From: a virus
DNA: 29,457 nucleotides
Virus genome (UHGV): UHGV-1280367
Strand: one strand, 5' to 3'
Within the stretch, counting starts at the first letter, position 1. Each line of letters begins with the position of its first letter. Shown in pieces: positions 24,316-29,457 of the stretch. The notes under the pieces are model-generated. The model was not told where the DNA came from. It saw only the letters and a program-made list of their open reading frames with translations, and searched no databases. Position numbers and translations under genes: made by a program.

Positions 24316-26786
24316 TGGCTATCAGTTGGATCCAGCCCAGCTTTGCCGGTGGTGAGATTGGACCGTCGTTGTACGGTCGTATCGACATGGCGAAGTACCA
24401 GGTGGCATTGCGCAAGTGCGATAACTTTATCGTGCGGCAGTATGGCGGCGTTGAGAATCGACCTGGTACGCGTTTTGTCGGTGCCGCCAAATACCCAAAT
24501 CGGAAATGCCGCCTGATCCCGTTCCAGTTCTCGACTGTTCAGACCTATGCTCTGGAGTTCGGACACCAGTACATGCGCGTTATCAAAGATGGTGCGTTGG
24601 TGCTGAACAGCAGCAATGTTATTTATGAAATTGCCACGCCATATACTGAAGCCGATCTGTTCCGAATTAAATTTACGCAAAGCGCCGACGTGCTTACGCT
24701 GGTTCACCCGGCATACCCGCCGAAAGAGTTGCGCCGCTATGCGCATGACAACTGGCAACTGGTTGATGTGGTAACGAAGAACGGGCCATTTGAAGATATC
24801 AATATTGACGAGTCAGTGACGGTTTATGCCAGCGCCAGCACCGGGACAATTACGTTAACGGCAAGCGCCTCTATTTTTGGCGCGGAGCAGGTAGGCAAAT
24901 TGTTCTATCTGGAACAGCCTGCAGTGGATTCAGTGCCGGTATGGGAAACCAGTAAGAGTACGTCGATTGGCGATATTCGCCGTGCAGACAGTAACTACTA
25001 TCGCGCCGTTACAGCAGGCAAAACAGGCACTTTGCGCCCTTCGCATACAGAAGGCACATCATGGGATGGCTGGGGCGGATCCGGTGATGATGATACTGGC
25101 ATTGAGTGGGAGTATCTGCACAGTGGTTTTGGCATTGCCCGTATCACTGCTGTAAACGGCACTACTGCAACTGCCGAGGTGATTTCCTATATCCCTTCGC
25201 AGGTCGTTGGCGAGGATAATGCCAGCTATAAATGGGCTAAATATGCCTGGAACAGTGTTAATGGTTATCCTGGCACTGTTGTTTATTATCAACAACGTCT
25301 TTACTTCGCCGCATCGACTGCGTTCCCTCAGACTATCTGGGCCAGCCGTACCGGGGATTATAAGGATTTTGGCAAAAGCAATCCTACGCAGGATGACGAC
25401 AGAATTATCTACACCTATGCCGGACGTCAGGTTAATGAGATCCGCCACCTGATTGATGTCGGTTCGCTGGTGGCGCTGACTTCCGGAGGTGAGTACGTCA
25501 TCACCGGCGACCAGAACAAAGTGTTAACCCCATCATCATTTGCATTCAGCTCTCAGGGATCAAATGGCTCAAGCAACGTCCCACCAATTGCTGTGGCGAA
25601 TATTGCTCTGTTTGTCCAGGAGAAAGGCAGCGTTGTCCGTGATCTGGCCTACTCATTCGATGTTGACGGCTATCAGGGGAACGACCTGACCATCCTTGCC
25701 AATCATCTTTTTCAGAAGCACAGCATTGTTGACTGGTGCTTCTCGATAGTCCCTTACTCCAGCGCCTTCTGCATCCGTGATGACGGTAAATTACTGGTGA
25801 TGACCTATTTGCGTGATCAACAGGTTTTTGCATGGGCACCACAGTCCAGTACCGGAAAATATGAAAGCACATGCAGTATCAGCGAAGGCAATGAAGATGC
25901 GGTGTATTTCGTCGTTAACCGAACCGTTAACGGGCAAACAGTGAGATACATCGAGAGACTGTCTAGCCGTTTATTTACCAGCGATGAAGATGCTTTCTTT
26001 GTTGATTCTGGCCTTAGCTATGATGGAAGAAATACGTCTGACAGAACGATGACCATCACTGGTGGTTCTGGCGAATGGGATTATCGCGCGGAATATACAA
26101 TCAGTGTTTCTGGTGGTGCGTACTTCACCAGTAGTGATGTCGGCGCGCAACTACAGTTCCCTTATGTCGGAACTGATCCTGATACTGGCGATGAAGTGTC
26201 AAAAGAATTACGTTGCGACATTATTTCTGTAACCAGCAATACCGCTGTAGTGGTTCGTGCTAACAGGAACGTCCCGCCATCCCTCAGGAATGTGGCCACC
26301 ACGAACTGGCAGATGGCGCGCCGGACATTTGGAGGCCTGTCTCATCTTGAAGGCCAGACCGTAAACATTCTCTCTGATGCGAACGTGGAGCCACAGAAAG
26401 TGGTTTCCGGAGGTGCCGTCACGCTGGAATCTCCGGGGGCTGTAGTGCACATCGGCCTGCCAATAACTGCTGAATTCGAAACACTGGATATCAACATTAA
26501 CGGACAGGAAACGCTGCTGGACAAAAAACAGGTGATCCCGTCCGTTACTCTGGTTGTGAATGCCAGTCGCGGCATCTGGGCGACTACGCCCGGCGGTAAA
26601 TGGTACGAATATCCACAGCGTGAATTCGAGTTCTACGATGATCCTGTTGATGATGCTACCGGAAAAGTAGAAGTGAAACTGGACAGTAACTGGGGCAAAA
26701 ACGGACGTGTAAAAATCCGTCAGCTTGACCCGTTGCCGCTGTCTGTTCTTGCCGTTATTCCTCGCCTTACTGTTGGGGGATTCTGA
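24315..26786 (+). CDS. Tail tubular protein B / nozzle (T7 gp12-like)
   Basis: 823 aa. N-terminus MAISWIQPSFAGGEIGPSL parallels T7 gp12 MALISQSIKNLKGGISQQP as I recall it. Size and gene order are consistent. Confidence 0.55.
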   Translation: MAISWIQPSFAGGEIGPSLYGRIDMAKYQVALRKCDNFIVRQYGGVENRPGTRFVGAAKYPNRKCRLIPFQFSTVQTYALEFGHQYMRVIKDGALVLNSSNVIYEIATPYTEADLFRIKFTQSADVLTLVHPAYPPKELRRYAHDNWQLVDVVTKNGPFEDINIDESVTVYASASTGTITLTASASIFGAEQVGKLFYLEQPAVDSVPVWETSKSTSIGDIRRADSNYYRAVTAGKTGTLRPSHTEGTSWDGWGGSGDDDTGIEWEYLHSGFGIARITAVNGTTATAEVISYIPSQVVGEDNASYKWAKYAWNSVNGYPGTVVYYQQRLYFAASTAFPQTIWASRTGDYKDFGKSNPTQDDDRIIYTYAGRQVNEIRHLIDVGSLVALTSGGEYVITGDQNKVLTPSSFAFSSQGSNGSSNVPPIAVANIALFVQEKGSVVRDLAYSFDVDGYQGNDLTILANHLFQKHSIVDWCFSIVPYSSAFCIRDDGKLLVMTYLRDQQVFAWAPQSSTGKYESTCSISEGNEDAVYFVVNRTVNGQTVRYIERLSSRLFTSDEDAFFVDSGLSYDGRNTSDRTMTITGGSGEWDYRAEYTISVSGGAYFTSSDVGAQLQFPYVGTDPDTGDEVSKELRCDIISVTSNTAVVVRANRNVPPSLRNVATTNWQMARRTFGGLSHLEGQTVNILSDANVEPQKVVSGGAVTLESPGAVVHIGLPITAEFETLDININGQETLLDKKQVIPSVTLVVNASRGIWATTPGGKWYEYPQREFEFYDDPVDDATGKVEVKLDSNWGKNGRVKIRQLDPLPLSVLAVIPRLTVGGF

Positions 26787-27250
26787 TGATCGACGTTCAA
26801 ATTATTCCCGCTACCGAAGAGCATCTTCAGATGATTTTGCCGGATGTTCGTCAAGCTGATATTGACGAACTGTATGCGGTATCACTGATGACTACCGAAG
26901 ATGCGCTGCGTGTTGGTCTTCGCACTGCGACTATGGCCTGGTCAGGGTTCGCGAACGGAGAACTGGTAACCATGTTTGGTGTATCTCCGGCGTCAATGAT
27001 CGGTGGCAATGGTACGCCCTGGCTGGTCGGTACCAGCCATATTGAAAAATATCAGAAGACATTTCTGCGCCACTGCCGCCCTGTATTGCACCAGATGCTG
27101 GCAGTTTATCCGCGCCTGGAAAACTACGTCGACGAGCGAAACCATGTTGCCAAATCATGGCTGCACTGGCTTGGATTCAGGCTTGAAGAAGCCGCGCCTT
27201 ATGGTGCTCTTGGTCTTAATTTCCACAGATTTCACATGGAGAGAAAATAA
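26786..27250 (+). CDS. Internal virion protein (gp13-like position)
   Basis: 154-aa ORF between the gp12-like and gp14-like genes, translationally coupled (ATGA). Assigned by position. Confidence 0.35.
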   Translation: MIDVQIIPATEEHLQMILPDVRQADIDELYAVSLMTTEDALRVGLRTATMAWSGFANGELVTMFGVSPASMIGGNGTPWLVGTSHIEKYQKTFLRHCRPVLHQMLAVYPRLENYVDERNHVAKSWLHWLGFRLEEAAPYGALGLNFHRFHMERK

Positions 27251-27828
27251 TGTGTAACCCAGCCATCGCTTTGGTTGCCGTCACAGTGGCATCCACAGCC
27301 GCGTCAATGTACAGCCAGAGCAAGCAGGCAAAATACCAGTCAGCCATAGCTGATCGGAATGCTGAAATTGCTGAAGCTCAGGCACAGGATTCAATCAATC
27401 GTGGGAATATTGAAGCGGATCAGCGTCGTCGTGAAATGCGTCAACGCTCAGGTACTGCGGCGGCCACTATGGGGGCTACCGGTGCGGAATTAAGTAGCGG
27501 AACAGCTCTTGACGTTTTTGCGGATAATGCTCAGTTCGGCACTCTTGATGCGTTAACGACAGTGAATAATGCTCAGCGTGAGGCATATGGGTATCAGGTT
27601 CAGGGAATGAATGCTCAGGCACAGGGGGCTGCTGCTCAGTCGGCTGCTAAATCATCGATGACCAGCACTTTGTTAACGGCACCACTAAAAGCATACGGTG
27701 CATACCAGATGGGCGGCGGAACGTGGAGCCCGTTCTCTAAAGGAAGTACATCTGGTGGTGGGACGCCAATGCTATCTAACTCAGGTTTTATGAATTCTGA
27801 CTCCCGATTCAAAATAGGAGGTTACTGA
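27250..27828 (+). CDS. Internal virion protein B (T7 gp14-like)
   Basis: 192 aa. N-terminus MCNPAIALVAVTVASTAAS...QAK parallels T7 gp14 MCWAAAIPIAISGAQAISGQNAQAK as I recall it. Ala/Gln-rich. Confidence 0.55.
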   Translation: MCNPAIALVAVTVASTAASMYSQSKQAKYQSAIADRNAEIAEAQAQDSINRGNIEADQRRREMRQRSGTAAATMGATGAELSSGTALDVFADNAQFGTLDALTTVNNAQREAYGYQVQGMNAQAQGAAAQSAAKSSMTSTLLTAPLKAYGAYQMGGGTWSPFSKGSTSGGGTPMLSNSGFMNSDSRFKIGGY

Positions 27829-29457
27829 TGCCTGTTGTTCCTACTACATCCGGACGCCAGGTGCAAAGTCGTGGTGTGCAAACCGGTGGTTTTCAGACCT
27901 TCGATGTTCCTCAAGCAGGTCAGGTGCTGGCGAATGTCGCAGATCAGTATGCGGTGGCATATGGTGAAGCCAGGCAGAAAGCGAATGTTGCTATGGCCCA
28001 GGAGGCGTTACTGCAATTTAACCAATTTGCAGATGACCAGATTAACAACCCTGAAAATGGGCTGATTTCTAAACAGGGTAAAAACGCTCTTGGTCAGAGT
28101 GACGCTGTTATGAAAAATATGCAGGAAAGGGCTCAGGCATTATTAGGCTCAATCCCTGAAAGTGAGGAAAGGAATAAATTATCCTTTCAACTCCAGCAGT
28201 CTATGCAGTCTTATTACAATCAGGCACGTCGATATGAAGTTGGGCAGTTTCAGCAATTCCAAGATCAAACGTATTTGTCAGGAAATGCATTGGCTGTCAC
28301 TCAGTCTGCGGGGCTATATAGCGATAACCAAGCATTTGTCGATTTAGCCAAGCAGCGATTTGAATCTATTGATCAATACGCTGATGCGCATGGGCTTCCT
28401 GATGAGTGGCGTGTTCAGCAGAAAACTCAGCTCAAGGAACAAATGGGGCAGCAAGCATGGATAGGAAATATCGCTCAAAAATACAACGAGTTTCTTCAGG
28501 TTAATGGAGAGCCAGGGGATCTTGGTGGTGTGAGTCGTGCAATATCACATGGTAATTCATTGGATGCTCGTGGTTTACGTAATAATAACCCTGGTAATAT
28601 TGAAGCGAGCAAATCTAACCCGTGGGAAGGTCAGATCGGTAGCGATGGACGTTTTGCAACGTTTGCTACCCCTGAGCATGGAATCCGCGCGTTGGGTAAA
28701 AATATGTTGTCTTACCAGCGTCAAGGCTATGACACCGTTAGCGAGATTGTTAATCGCTATGCTCCGGCTAGTGATGGTAATAATACTGATGCTTATATTA
28801 GGGCATTGTGTGGTGAGCTTGGTGTTGGGGAGAATGATCAGCTTGATATCTCTAACCCAAAGACACTAGCTGCTTTATGTGCTGGGATTATTAAACACGA
28901 AAATGGCAGTATGCCTTATAGCACCGAACAGCTTGAAACTGGTATCTCGGCAGCCCTTGGTCTAACTAACCTTGATTCACCTAAGCGTTATACGGGCAAT
29001 GCGGCATTTGATGCTATGAGCCCTCAAATGCAAATACAGGCATTGAGGCAGGCTAATGAGCTGAGAAATCAGTACCGCCAGCAGTATGCGGACCAGCTTA
29101 GCACCGTAGTTAAAGATGCATATTCAGCCCTTGATGAAGGATTGAAACCTGAGAAGTTACCTTCTGAGGACGATTTTATCCGGGCCAATGGTCCGCGCAT
29201 TGGCGCTATGAAGTGGAAGGATATGCAGGCGCAGATACAATATGGAGGTGTCATTGGTGCCGCTAAAGACCTCACTCCAGAAGGACGACAAGACATTCTT
29301 GAACGTTTACGTCCACAGGATCCAAACGCTCCTGGATTTGCTGCTAACCAGCAACGCTGGGAGAAAATGCAGGCCAAATTTAAAGAGATGGATAGGGAGT
29401 GGGAGATTCAGCAGGGAAGAAACAGGTTCGTGTCTTCAATGCAAAATAACTTCCCGC
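27828..29457 (+). CDS. Internal virion/ejection protein (gp15-like), 3' end outside the window
   Basis: ATG at 27828 overlaps the gp14-like stop. I translated this frame by hand and found no stop before the window end (at least 543 codons). It is absent from the ORF track because it lacks a stop. Confidence 0.55.
   Translation, partial: MPVVPTTSGRQVQSRGVQTGGFQTFDVPQAGQVLANVADQYAVAYGEARQKANVAMAQEALLQFNQFADDQINNPENGLISKQGKNALGQSDAVMKNMQERAQALLGSIPESEERNKLSFQLQQSMQSYYNQARRYEVGQFQQFQDQTYLSGNALAVTQSAGLYSDNQAFVDLAKQRFESIDQYADAHGLPDEWRVQQKTQLKEQMGQQAWIGNIAQKYNEFLQVNGEPGDLGGVSRAISHGNSLDARGLRNNNPGNIEASKSNPWEGQIGSDGRFATFATPEHGIRALGKNMLSYQRQGYDTVSEIVNRYAPASDGNNTDAYIRALCGELGVGENDQLDISNPKTLAALCAGIIKHENGSMPYSTEQLETGISAALGLTNLDSPKRYTGNAAFDAMSPQMQIQALRQANELRNQYRQQYADQLSTVVKDAYSALDEGLKPEKLPSEDDFIRANGPRIGAMKWKDMQAQIQYGGVIGAAKDLTPEGRQDILERLRPQDPNAPGFAANQQRWEKMQAKFKEMDREWEIQQGRNRFVSSMQNNFP

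Noticed and set aside
24054-24758. 234-aa minus-strand ORF spanning the gp11/gp12-like junction
   Set aside because: Antisense to two translationally coupled structural genes; no independent support.
27835-28869. Track ORFs 27835..28065, 28162..28347 and 28537..28869
   Set aside because: All lie in a different frame from the long open frame starting at 27828, which continues the virion module and is coupled to the upstream stop.
1-29457. CRISPR arrays, insertion sequences, rRNA genes
   Set aside because: No regularly spaced short direct repeats with unique spacers, no transposase-like ORF with terminal inverted repeats, and no rRNA-like conserved stretches were seen.

Overview
This window reads as a nearly complete temperate phage genome segment, probably from an enterobacterial host, with no host flanking DNA visible. 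All calls rest on reading the ORF translations and DNA by eye; no database search was run. Gene order along the + strand: tail-fibre 3' end, lysis cassette (two membrane proteins, GH19-type endolysin, Rz/Rz1 spanins), tyrosine integrase, a minus-strand early-left operon (small ORFs, MT-A70 methyltransferase, AlpA-like, RecT, YqaJ-like exonuclease), repressor / Cro-like immunity switch, O-like and P-like replication genes with in-gene iterons, a block of small early genes, terminase small and large subunits, a reverse-oriented cargo cassette (unknown 140-aa gene plus tRNA-Arg(UCU)), then a T7-like virion module (portal, scaffold, capsid, gp11/gp12-like tail tube, gp13/14/15-like internal proteins) running off the 3' end. 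The phage is a mosaic of lambdoid early functions and a T7-like particle. Main leads: (1) a 15-bp palindrome TTACC-N5-GGTAA recurring about 12 times in front of most operons; (2) the reverse-oriented cargo cassette between terL and portal, whose gene has an intrinsic terminator immediately ahead of its RBS; (3) a perfect 336-bp tandem duplication across the holin-endolysin junction; (4) iterons inside the O-like gene; (5) a probable attP with arm-type repeats upstream of int. No CRISPR array, IS element or rRNA was seen.
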